Below, one piece after another: positions 37,812 through 49,687 of a DNA stretch of 64,000 nucleotides. The stretch comes from Takakia lepidozioides. Its lineage: Eukaryota > Plantae > Bryophyta. The notes below the pieces were generated by a model. That model worked only from the letters and a program-made list of their open reading frames with translations. It ran no database searches and was not told the DNA's origin. The DNA lies in NCBI GenBank assembly GCA_030704615.1, contig CM060733.1, positions 22,134,001 to 22,198,000 on the forward strand, given 5' to 3'. Both the position numbers and the translations under genes were made by a program. Positions within the stretch are counted from its first letter, which is position 1. The number at the start of each line of letters is the position of its first letter.

Positions 37812-40800
37812 TCAATCACTACAACTATCCCCTGAAATTGTGGCACTTTCATCCACGAAAACCCGAGCTCTTTGGTGCATTTTCTGCTTCCGAGCACACG
37901 GGGGAGATTTGTTCAACAACTGCTGTCGAGCAATGGCCTCAGCGTACTCTGGCAGGATGTACGAACGTGGAGGGCTGCACCGGAAGTCGGACTGAAATAC
38001 ACAGACGTTGTGCAAAGGAATAGCTTCCAATATCCTGACAACCAACATGAATGCAATGCATTAGCAAACATAGAAGAAAAAGGAATGGTGGGGGGTTGTG
38101 TTCAAGAACTAAGATTCATACAAAATTTCAACTTACTCACATGCGAAATCGTCGTCCAGGTCTTTGTCGTCCCCTTCGTTGATATCCACAAGCACTATAC
38201 CCTCCTGTTCCTGGACGGCAGGGGCTGGCCCTTGCAAGCCTGCAATGATGTCATTGAAAATATCCGCATCCCCTTCCATACCAAACAAATGTCTGCCCCC
38301 AGCCTTGCAAGCATGGTACGAAGCGCCTGCAAGACGTTGTACTGTTAGCAAGGTTTTACAAACTCTACAACAAGAAGAGAACACCAGAGATTGATTGGGG
38401 TCTAACCTGTCCCAAGAGTGAGGTCCACGATGCGCGACCCCGGATGAGAGCATATCTCTATTATTGTCTGAATAAAAGCTGGGCTCTTCTCCTTCGCCCC
38501 TCTCCATGGTGTGGAATTGGACTTCTCAAACACACATTAACTTGCAAAAAGAGAAGACCCACCGCCAGTACCTTTCGTCAAATGCATTCCAGGTTGGGCA
38601 AGTGCTAGTGGGGAGAATGTCTGGTACCGCCTGCCTGTCCGGAATGTCAACAATCACCATGTCTGCAGCACACGGCTTCTGAGCACCATTCACCCAATCC
38701 TGCCCTGACGAAATCTGCAAACAACGCCGACAAAAATTCAAAACCACATCTAAAATGGGAAATTTCCAAGAGTAAAGATGGTAATTTTGCAACAGTGAAG
38801 ATGGGAAATTTGCTTACCGACTCCGGAAAAGCACTCATCTTAACCCACATTGGAGAGGGATCTCCAGTGTAACCACCTTTCCTGGTCTCCATCATGGCAA
38901 GGAAGGAGTCGTTCACAAGCTCGCATCTGCATTCTCGGTTGATTCGGGATGGGTGCTCCACTACATCGTATGGCTCAAACTTCCCCTTGTGTTTGCGAAC
39001 CTTGGTTGCAATTGGGGTCTGGGAACCAACACCTACTGCAGCATCCCCTTGGGCGCTCTTCTCCTTCCCTTTGTCCTTTGTGCCCTTTCCCTTCCCCTCC
39101 CTCTCGCCTGAGTGTTAGTGGTTGCACGTTTCTTCTCAGCAAGGTTTCGCAAGTTTCTGTCGTGCAGTTCCCTGTCTGTTAGAGGAGCCAAGGACTCCGC
39201 ATTGTCATTCTGGTTCCGTGTCTGCAACTCATACCATGGGCAATCTGATTTGGGTATGTCGAGATACCAGCAACAGTCCTTGAGGTGATATCTACCGTAA
39301 TCCCTGAGGATTGCTGCAGTGTACATGGTATGGCTGTTGGAGGAGTCAGCCCACAAGTCGATGAAGCCTGGGTACTTGCTGAGGTTGTTCCCAGGAATCA
39401 GAACGTTCTTGATATACCTACAGAACAATACAGGCACAGTATCAGAAAGTGGAGGAGAAACTACATGATGTATGGCCCCTGAAATTTGTGTGCGTCAACG
39501 CACACATTTTTAGGGGTCCGATAAAAGTTGACAAACTCGTGCACAACGGGAAAACAACTTAATTAACGTCAGAAGACAATTGAGGTAGAGGTCAGACAAC
39601 AAGAACTCATAACATGAAAAAACAACCAGATAGGCAGCGGGTCTCCAAGAAACGAGCCTACATTGAATGAGACATAGGGAAAACAGTCCAGAGATCCAAC
39701 CTTTCAAAAATGCGTGTGGTGACGCACACAATTTGCAGGGCCATAAAGGAAGAAGATGAACCTGCTTAGTTCAAATGACCCACCTGTACATGACCCTTTT
39801 CATGGCTCCCTCGGCTCCGAACTGCTGCTCGAACTCTTTTGTGCGGGGATATGCCCCCCTCCCTGGCAAATTCTCTGAAGAAATAGTTACTCCACGCTGT
39901 CGCCTTCCACTGTCTCAAGTAATCCTCCAGAGTGTCTTCGGGCAAGGTCGTCGTCATCTTGTAAGCATTTAGCTGCTTCTCCAGCACCTGGTTTGCACGA
40001 GCTTCAATATGTCAAAAGAAGCAATCCAAAACGTTAGAGTCCATACCAGGGAAGATCCTGATGTAAGTCCAAGAAAAGACAGTCCACAAGATTACCTAGC
40101 TCCAGTACGTGGCTTTATGAAGCCATGTATCAAAAACTTGATCGCTGAAGGGCCTGATGTGGCCAGTGTTTTCGTCTCTTTCCCCCTTTGGGAAGCAATA
40201 TGTGTCCTTCACTGTTGGGTCAGAATTCTAAATCTCCAACCATTTTACGTTCTACTCGGAATCCACCACTGCAGTTGACAAGCGATGCAGCTTTTCCTGT
40301 GTCATCTCTGGCTTGGTATTGTTGTTCCTGTGGTTCCTCACCTCGTTCAAGAATTGAGGCCCAAAGGCAGGGTCTACTATTCTCAGTTGTTTCACAAAGG
40401 CGCTCATGATCTTCTTCTGAGTCTCATTCATCTTTAACTTCATTGCTTCAGCCACTCCCTTCGATGTTCTCATCCTCTCAGGAGTTTTGAAGTAGTACTC
40501 TGCTTTAGCCCTCTCCCCAGCCTCCGCTATCTCTTGCTGCAAAAACTAATCAGAAATCAGATAACAGAATAATTTGAATTATACTAGAAAATGAAAGTTC
40601 TTGGTGATGATATACTAACCGTGTACATGTATTCCATGAATGCTCCCCTTGTCAGCTTGTACCATGTGTCAGACGTTTTGGAGGTCTGGCATTTCGCGAA
40701 GGTTTCTGGGCTGAGGATGCTCTTGAATGTGTTGAGGGGCATTTGGCCAATATTCTGGATCCTGAACAGGGTGTGTACCAGGTTCGTTGTAACATGGGCG

Positions 40801-42515
40801 GTTTCAGTTCCCCTGCCACAAGCAATGGTATGTCATCACATGTCTGATATGATTCCCGAACACATACATGAGGGAAAGAATCAGGTTATTTCAGGAAAGA
40901 CACTTACTTGTTCACGTCATGCATTGATGTTTCCCTTTGGATGCAGCACCATGGAGGCCACACAATAGTGCCACTCTTCCTCAGTGCTATGATACCTCGA
41001 TATCATGTTCTGCCAGGCAAGCAATCGGTGGTTGCCATCCCAGACATGGAACATCTTGCCTGAGAAAGGCTGTGTAACAAGCCTCTTGCAAATAATTGAT
41101 TCAAACTCCTCGTTGATGCATCGCCATATTGGATCCCAGCCTCCAACAATGGTCTCGTCCACCAAAACTTCCCTGCCGTTGGCGTCGCCCAACAAAATGT
41201 AAAACACAGATTGACCCTCTATGTACCCATGGCAAAAATCCTGTTCAAGCTTTGCAATGTCATTCGTGAGGGCTGGTCGGACGAACGGCATAGATCAACC
41301 TGCAGAGTGGGATCATTAATTTCTCCCAGGAACGCCCATGGCCTTGACTTGGGCTGAGTTCACTTTCGAGAAGGACAACAGATCTTTTGCCCTGTCCTGG
41401 TATGGCCTGCCATCGTTTTCCTCCTCAACAACAACAAGTTCATGGTCTTCATCTTCATCCTGCTCCTGGGGAGCACCTCTCCTTTTCTTCGCCTGCATTC
41501 CAAAAGAATAATTCTCTATGTAAAAGCAATGTCACATATTGAGTGCATTGACGCACGCATTTATGAAGCATCTACAGACTGTGCATCCTCTCTTCAAGTT
41601 GAAGATATGCATGTGCATTGATCTCGAAGTGAGAGACCCATACTCCAAAGAATGTCCTTCAGAACAACCCAAGAAATTGCGTGCGTCAACGCACGCAATT
41701 TCGGTGGGTGCTCTGAAGTGTCACTCGTGGATTTAAGACGATAATTTGTGCTCTTTAGAGCTCTGGATGTCCATCACAGCACCCTCCGGAATTGAGTGCG
41801 TTGATGCACGCAATTTTTGGGGGTCTCTTAGGGACATGTAGAGCTTGCTATAGCGTATATCATGCAGTCCATTTCCCTCTGTTCATGGCTGCAGTTAGAG
41901 ATGCTCAGTGCAAAACATGGCTTTCATAGCACGTCCAAAAATTGCATGCGTTGACGCACGCAATTCTGGAGGTGCTCTAAAGGTCCTGCTCCAAACACAG
42001 CCTCCCTTCCTTGTTCAATGAACAAAAGAAAGGAGTAAAGGAAAAACTAGCAGAACGCTCATGTAACTATCAGAACACTCACCTTGATCTACTTCACTCA
42101 ACTCTGAAGAAGAAAAGACATGAATGCAGGGCATGAGATTGCGTGTGTCAGCGCACGCAATTTTCATGCCCTTCAATCTGCACCAAAGGAGAGGAAGGAA
42201 GATCATCACCTGCGTTGCTTTCGGGGGAGCACTCCCTGATGCCTTGGATGCAGGGGCAGTATCCGTCTGCGCAGCCTGCTTCCTCTTCGGTGTCGCCTCC
42301 TTCTCAACAACACTCTTCCCCTTTGGCATGGGTTTAGGAGCAACAACGTCGGGCTCCTCTGTGTCCATATCCTCTGTGTCGCTCTCTGATGGCGTTTCAT
42401 CCCTTCCTTGGGCAGCCCCGACCGCTTGGTCCTGCACAGTCATTTGTTTTGTTTCTAGGGCCGAACTCTCCTCTGCTATCTCTTGAATCATCAGATCCAG
42501 CTTGCGGCCTCTCAT
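37812..42515 (-). pseudogene. multi-exon gene encoding a ParB/Srx-fold domain plus a beta-class amino (N6A/N4C-type) DNA methyltransferase-like domain
   Basis: ParB motif MFHVWDGNHRLLAW (DGNHR at 41025-41039). Motif-IV-like ADMVIVDIPD (DIPD at 38637-38648). Motifs X-I-II after removing intron 38327-38406: PWRGAKEKSPAFIQTIIEICSHPGSRIVDLTLGTG|ASYHACKAGGRHLFGMEGD. About 10 GT-AG introns, with stops, frameshifts and a central deletion. Confidence 0.8.
39482..42172. repeat. seven intronic palindromes, consensus AAATTGCGTGCGT(CA/TG)ACGCACGCAATTT
   Basis: Copies at 39482-39510, 39707-39734, 41538-41562, 41673-41702 (perfect 14-bp arms), 41785-41820, 41934-41970 and 42128-42172. An eighth copy lies at 2503-2538. 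Confidence 0.9.
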
Positions 42516-43142
42516 TCTCTCTCTAGCCCTCTTCCTCTCTCGCGCTGAGGTGAAAAAAAAAGACTGTCTTCTACGCCTACCACTCTCTCTGTGGGAACTC
42601 AGTCTCCTACTAGTCTCTAGCTTGAAAATGAGGATGTGCTGGGCCCAGAGACGTTGTGCGAGGGGATGCCGGTGGGGCAACGCTCGCGACGGTTATGCAT
42701 GGGTTCACCTCACACGTGTCCACATAGCACAGGAACATTTGTGCATTTGGCACTGGCCGCCGTCACCTCTTGTGTCCGTATGGCCATACCCTAGATTCGA
42801 TGTCCATACATGTGCAAGTTGATTTTGCGCATTGCGGCGGTTCAGAACTTCTTATTGGTTCTGCACTCATTCTAGCAACCGTGCTATGAATGCAATGTCT
42901 GGGCCCACAGGCCTGAAAACATTTCTCCAACCATTGTATCCCAGATTTTTCGGCTCAACCGTCTTTTGCATTGGATGTGGGCAGGCACATAACTGCTTGG
43001 CACCTGTTTTAACAACTGTTTACACAACTGTTCTTCAAGGGCTCTTTAACTGTCTGTCAGGTATTGATGAACGAAATCCACGGAAGTCGTGGGCCTCTCC
43101 ACTTTCGAGCTCCGTCTAGCTCGAAATTATTCGACTTTCACC

Positions 43143-46100
43143 ATGGGTTCGTCTGAAGCGGAGTTTTACTCTATGGAGAAGCCTGTCCCTTTCTCGAAGG
43201 ATGCCGATTCCAATGGTTACGCAATTGCACAAGAACATCTCCTGGCAACGCGTTTCGAATACCAGATTGGCACTGTTTTCCTCGAAAGAGAGGTTTACGA
43301 TGTCCATGGGAAGTTGATCAAGTACTCATTTCAGAAGCCGGATGAAAATTCTCTTGGGAGTCAGTGGAGAGTGCCTCCAGGAAGATACAGGGTTGTTGGA
43401 GCTCCTCGGCGGCAGTCCACTGGTTCATATATCTCCCCAGGAACAGCTGCTTCTGTTGCTCAAGAGAAAAGGAATATCGTCATGAAGACGGAGACCACTA
43501 CTTCCACCCCAATAGTTGAGCTCTCAGACTCATCCTCCGAGGACGTTCCCAACATCCCAATTTATGTGCAAACACTGCCGGTCGTGAAGCCGCAAGTGGC
43601 ACACCTCATCAGTGTCATTCCTAAACTGAAGTCAATGGGAGGAATGCCCGGTTTCCAGAGTGAATTGAGAGGGATTGACTGGGAGACTGTCCCTATTGAG
43701 TGTGTGGAGTTCCTGCCGGATGCTTACGATGGGGATGTCGTCTTCGAGCTACCTCTACCTGGGCGGGATGGACCCGTCACGAGCCTCATGCAGAGAATGG
43801 ACAAGAGATGAGATGGACACCCGTGGTGTAGAACGAAAACATCCAATATTCAAAATCATGACAACCTCGTCTTCCGGAAAAGCCTGTGCAATGGGCACCT
43901 CATGTGCGAGAATTTGAATTGTAGGCATTTCCAGCGGTTGAAGGTTCACAACCAATGCAAGTGGGAGGGTGTCGCCGAAAATCCATTCAAACCCGGTGAA
44001 GCACCTCCAATCTCCAACACTTTCGTTTGTAAGTACTGCAAACAAGCGCCTTCCTATCTGGCAGTGTGTGCAGCACGTAAGTACTATGTTGTTCACCGTT
44101 TGAAAAACATGACTAGAGCCTGTGTACATTTCCGACTCCACAACCATCATGTGGCGAAGGGGGATTGCAGGGAGAGTGTTCAAACAATATTGAAGTTGAT
44201 AAGACAGGAGTACGAGAGCAATCCAACAGCCACCACCTCCGCAATTGTGCTTGGAGCAAGCAAGAGTTTCCTGGAAAGCCATATTTTGAGTGTAGGGGAC
44301 TCTGTGGGCAGGAAGCTGGAGGGGCGTGCCTTGGACAATGTTATGGATCACTTCTCAACCTTGAGCTCACCGAACATTAGAAACCAGGTGAATGCATTGA
44401 GGATGGGCTCTGCAAACAGAGGGTATATTGATAACATTTTGGAATTGAAGTCTCGGAGCACGTACGACTATATTCAAGATAGCGTGTTCCCAGGTCAAGG
44501 ATCCAACAAAGTGTACAATTTCAAAATGTCGACAGCCGGGGAGGGCAGCGGAGTGAGTCTTGTCAAACGCATGCAAAAGGATGGTGATCTGCAGAACTGT
44601 TTCCTTATGTTTGATCACGTCAAACGAGTGAAAGTCTGGACAACAATGGCATGTCATGTATACGATCCTTTCTACCAGCGAGTCATGTCAATTGTAGTGT
44701 GGACATGCAATCGGAGGATGCGGAGTCGCTTATGTGGAGATGTCTCATTCGCGTGATGGCATCCCATGGTGTCCCATCCCCAAATTTCGCTGCTTTTATG
44801 GCCGACAGTGCTTGAGCAAATTTCAATGCTGTTCGCATTGTGCTCGGTTCAGGAGATCCAAAAGTGCCAATGCCAGGAAGAGAGCGAACATGTCTTTTCC
44901 ATTGGACGCAGTCCCTTGAGAAACATACTAAGGCAGACATCAAACCGGACATGCGGGCAATTCATCTTAAGCTATGCAAACAGTACAAAGATGCCAAAAG
45001 CATGGCGGAGGCGAATACTTTGTTCCAGTCAATTCGTGCCTGGTGGTTCTCATCTGGGGCTGTATCAGAAGACAGTATGAGAGCGCTGGAAGACTGGCTA
45101 GCATTTTGGCACTTCCGGTACAGACAATGGGGAGCATGCATGACAACGGTACCTGAATTTCAGATCATGAATTCTCATTGGCTTTGTATGCATTTCCAAT
45201 TATGTCTGCTGTCGTGGGGTGCACCTGTTTGTTCTCATGTGTGTTTTCCCTTTCTGCAGCACTTGTCAATTGAGGAGATGGCGGACATGCCATCTTGCAA
45301 TCTAGTGGAGACAGTGCACAATGCGTGGTTGCAGCAGTCTGGAAAGCGGGGGCGGGATTTGTATCTAGCGACGTTAGATGACCTCATCCGAGCTCTGCAG
45401 CAACAAACGAGATATCGCGATTTCTTGAGGGGTGGCGTTGGTGGCAAAGGCCCTAACAAGTCTGAGTTGATGTTGCGAGCTGCAAAATGATCGAGGGATC
45501 CAAACAAAATTGTCAGAGCTGTCAGCATGTGTGCGGAGGGAACTCCTCTGATGTCCAGAGTTCCCCATCTGGAGGGCGAGGAGAGATTCGGGTCCTGTAA
45601 ACGGAAATTGAACACCCCTCCTGGGTCGGATGCAGACTCGCACAGGGCGGACATAGACAACTTCTCCATTCCGCGTGTTCCATTGCATGAGCGGTTCGTC
45701 TCTGGAATATCCAGTGTGGAGCAACATTTCTCACAAAACACGCCAGCATCTCCCACTGTCAATGAGTCCAGCGTGCTCTCGTCTGTGGTGGAGTCCACCT
45801 GCTCCGACGAAGTGTGGCACATAGAACGCACCAGAGCTGGGTCTCGAGTGAAGTGCTCCGCAATCAGAGCCACCAATCGTGAGAAGTGCAAGTCTTTCAT
45901 ATCCAGAGGCAGTGCCTGCACTCCTTCACCGGTTTGTTCCAGCCTTACAGGCAGCCAGAGGCAAAAAACCACAAATTCTGGTTGTGCGATGACAACTGTG
46001 GTAGGTGCGTGCGTGGGACCGTGCGACCATCAGTGGTCATGAAGCCTCCTCCACCGAGCGTTTGGCCTGTCAAGGTGGGGACAAATCTCACAAGTCAGGA

Positions 46101-46603
46101 GATTGCAATGTTGGAGGAGGCAGGGTTCTCCCTTCAGTGAGAAGCCTCTGTGCGTGCAAGTGCTTCCACTTCAGGAGTTCTAGAGTGCCACCAGCCAACC
46201 CAGATGCATGGCCAATAAAAAAAAATGGGAAGGTAGTACGTCGTTTCCCTCCAACTGCCGAGCACTTCGGCAAGGTGGAATCCGCTCGAATGCTTCTAGG
46301 ACGTGTTGCAGGCACTACGGAAGTTGCAGATCCCGGGTATGGTCGGATCTACACTATGATGACCTCTACATCTGCAGATTCTACGACATCACAGTTTCAA
46401 ATTTCCCCAACTGCACCTGTCATGATTTGTTGGCATGCTTTCAACAAGTTTGGGAAGAGAGGCAAATTTGTACCCTGCAAGCATCTTTATTTTATCTTCC
46501 TGAACAGAATGATTTGTGATCCCAAACGCGACATCTTCATTCACTAGGCCACCATGAGTTTCAACGAGGTGAATACATTTATGCAGCGGGATAGAAGCAC
46601 ATA
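43143..46603 (+). pseudogene. Mutator-superfamily-like DDE transposase with N-terminal GCM/WRKY-fold-like zinc domain and C-terminal SWIM
   Basis: N-terminal DGHPWCRTKTSNI...FRKSLCNGHLMCENLNC...CKYC...CAARKYYV...RACVHFRLHNH. Core: FLMFDHVKRV (D), FMADSA (D), CLFHW (CxxH), SCNLVETVHNAW (E). SWIM: FPNCTCHD...PCKHLYFIF. Stops and frameshifts are present. Confidence 0.75.
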
Positions 46604-49600
46604 GGAAGAAGCTGACTTTCGTCCAATGCAATTTCTGAATGTGTGTCATTTTAATAGTGTGATCAATTCAAAATAAATGGGATGGATAATCATGCGTCGA
46701 CATGTTTCCCGGTGTTTTCGTATTCTATTTACCCTGAATGAATGCCACGACAATAGGTCCCTCGGCTATAGGCGCTACATGTTTATGTTGACATGGCGTC
46801 TGCCACGTTCGCCGAATCCCACGTGGACATGTGGACTGCCATGTAGGCATGTTGACTGCCACATCATGTTGTTCACTGCCATGTCAGCACACTCATGCCA
46901 CGTCACCTTCATGCTCACGCCACGTTAGCGTGAGCCGACGCTCATGCCACATCAGCTGCTAGTCCCCTACGCTCGCGCCATGTCAGCATAGCGTGAGCAC
47001 GCGCTTGTCCGCTCATGCTCATGCTCATGCTCACGCTCACGCGGTAGTGTCATTAGTACGTAGACCCACAACTGGCAATAAACCAATCCGTTGATAGGGT
47101 GCTCTTTATGTTCGACCCCACAGCAGACCATTCATCAGACCTTGTCGAAACCCATGCACATGTTTCTGTCCCGTCTCATTCTCTGGAACCAGTCACTGTA
47201 GTGGAAGATATACCTGCCACAGGAGTGGCGCAATTGCAGACACCCACAGCGCCCACAAAGGTCTGATTTCATTGCATTTTTCCAGTCCATTTTTTTTTTC
47301 GAGTGCATTTGGGTGGTCATTGTTGATGTTTTGTGGTCTGATATTCGTGTGAAGGTTCCGGCGTCTGAGGTCTCAGCTCGTGGTCCGTCGCAGGTGCTCA
47401 ACTTGGGATCAAGCACAAAGGGTGTACCAATAGTGATAACCCCCACCGTAGGGGCCAGTTCGACCCATGGAGTGCAGGAAGCGTCTAGACTGGGACCACA
47501 GAGTGTTAATAAACCCCAGGACAAAATCTTGTTGTGAAGCCAAGCTAGCCAGCTCCGGGAGGGTATGAAGGAGACGGCTGTTGCCTTGGAAAACAAGTTG
47601 GAGGAACATGCTTCACCAAATAGAGCTGGGAAGAAGCGCATACCCGATGGCGTGGCAGACCCGAGGTTGAAAACAATTCCCGACAAAAAAGGCGCTGCAA
47701 AAAAACCGAAGTCCGGAGTATACATGAGTGCTGACTGGAAGGTTTGCTTGGAAGTGGAGAGCAAAGTTGCGGAGCTCCGTAACAAACACAAGTAAGTGTC
47801 GTTGGTCTGCTGGGTTTGATGGGCGGTTGTATGGGTATGCTTCGTGGGTCTGCTGGGTCTGATGTGGTTGCCATTGGCCTGCTCTGTTGGTCTGGTCCTT
47901 GGGTCCGGTACCGTATCCGTTGTAGGTCTGGTCCTTCTGGCTATGGTCCTTCTGGGTCCGCCAGCCAGGTTCTCTCGTGGTCTATCATCTTAAAGGCTTT
48001 TTCCAAGTTTGTGCAGGTTCACTGCCCGATTTGGCTCCACTTTCAACGCACATATCTCTGAGGGAAAAACAATGCTGTACTTTTTTGAAAACGACCCACA
48101 GTTTGAGTGCAGTATTGCCACCGAGGACCTCAAAGCCCTAGAGAAATAGGAATCCGAGGCTACAGACCGATTGCTTGAGTTGCGGTGTAGGTTTTATCAG
48201 AAGGATCTCGATGTCAAGACATATAATGATGTTGCTATTTTGCCGACGTGGGTTTGGAGTGTAGTGAAGATTCACTGGAGTGCAGGTCAGGAACGGGTTT
48301 GCTCGCAGGTGGAGCACGGATTGACAGTGCATTGTATGGGGAAGGACCTAAAGACCTGCAAGTACATACTAGTACCAATAGTTGATGGATAAGTGTTCTT
48401 TTGTGTTTCTATGCCCTTTAACATTGGTCCACCATCACTGGTCTGCAACATTGGTCTGCCAAGGTCTGCCTAGCTCTACTCGGTCTGCCCAGGTCTACCA
48501 GTGTGCTCAATGGGTCTGCTATTTTGATTTGCAGCTGTTCCCTTGTGCTGATGTGCCCTGCGTTGTGGCATGTCTCATTGGAGTTTGGTGATTATTGATC
48601 GGGTGCTCCGCGTGTTCACTCATCTGAACTCAATCAAGGAGATGCACAAACCCGTGGAGATACTGCCATGGGTTCGAAATGTGTATGGAGCATGTCTCGG
48701 CTTGGAGCCACACATGGCGTCGTAGGACGAGGCCACTGCATTCAATTTTCATGTCCCTGAAGTGCCACAACAACCCTTCTCGTGGGAATGTGGCTTTTAC
48801 GTCATGTCCTTTATCGAGGGGTTCTACGACTGGTTGAAGGGCGATCGTGGCAAAAGACTTAGAGAAAGAGGAAAGCCGTTTACCTCAAAGTGGTTTATCT
48901 TTCGCTATGCTTGCAGACAACGCTTAAAGTGTGTTGAGTACATTTTGAAAACACTCATTACTATGGAGAATGTAGTTGTAGAAAGGTAGTTGTCATCTAG
49001 GAAGATGTCGGACGTGCCAGACTCTTCCGATGTCCGGGTTATTTCTTCTAGGCCTGACAATAAATGAAAATTTACTCATCTGGCCTGTGGTGTAGGTTTG
49101 TATATGATGTACATTTTCGTGGAACATTTCATCAATCTGCTGTCGTGGTCTGCTGTCGTGGTCTAACAGCCTGGTCGATGTCACGTATTGAGTAGTGCTC
49201 GTCGTGGTCTGCTGTGAACCGATTTTATTGATCTCCTCGCCGTGGTCTGCTGCTGAATTGATGTTATTGGTCTGCTACCTCCACGGAGTGGACTTAGTTT
49301 GGACCACGGTTGTTGGTCTGCTCCATGAGATAATGGTATACTAAATTAGGTGGTCGCCTAAATGTGGCACAGGTCAGTCCCATCGTTAGTCGAGTGTACT
49401 GTCTTGGTCCACCCCTGTACAGTATTGGTCTGCTTCATTAAACTATGCTTGCTTCATTACTCTACTACATTGGTTTACTAGTTCACTTTGGCTCATTTAT
49501 TGACTTCATTGGTCTCCTTCATCAAACCTTAAAAAAGCACATTAAGGGAGTCCCAGATGCTCAGCCGCATTGGTCTACTACAAGTGAGTGCTGGTCTACT

Positions 49601-49687
49601 GCAGGTGGTCTGCGATCATGGTCTGCCGCATTGGTCTACTGCAGGTGTGTATTGGTCTACCACATTGGACAACTGCAGGTCCTTTCC

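Larger units (their letters stand above)
36823..47049. mobile_element. nested ~10.2-kb DNA transposon with divergent ParB-MTase and GCM-like DDE/SWIM transposase genes
   Basis: Interrupts the Ulp1-gene frame: removing it restores GAC CCC GAC TTG TC|A TTA GTA CGT. Subterminal inverted AGCGTGAGCATG motifs and GCCACGTCA clusters at both ends. Exact ends are uncertain by a few bp. Confidence 0.7.
35019..48989 (+). pseudogene. Ulp1/SENP (peptidase C48) SUMO-protease-like gene, split by the nested element; protease domain ~48017-48989
   Basis: SIATEDLKALE...KYILVPIVDG / HWSLVIID..FTHLNS (His at 48576) / VPQQPFSWECGFYVMSF (Gln and Cys motifs). Upstream low-complexity exons at 35019-35264, 35506-36822 and 47050-47791. 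Stops and mutated splice sites are present. Confidence 0.75.

Noticed and set aside
38133-38507. ORF MERGEGEEPSF... as one protein
   Set aside because: Its first part is off-frame and its middle is intron 38327-38406. Only the last part (GASYHACK...) is coding.
37812-42515. Bacterial contamination explaining the ParB-MTase
   Set aside because: The gene has many in-phase GT-AG introns and is nested in plant transposons flanked by plant genes.
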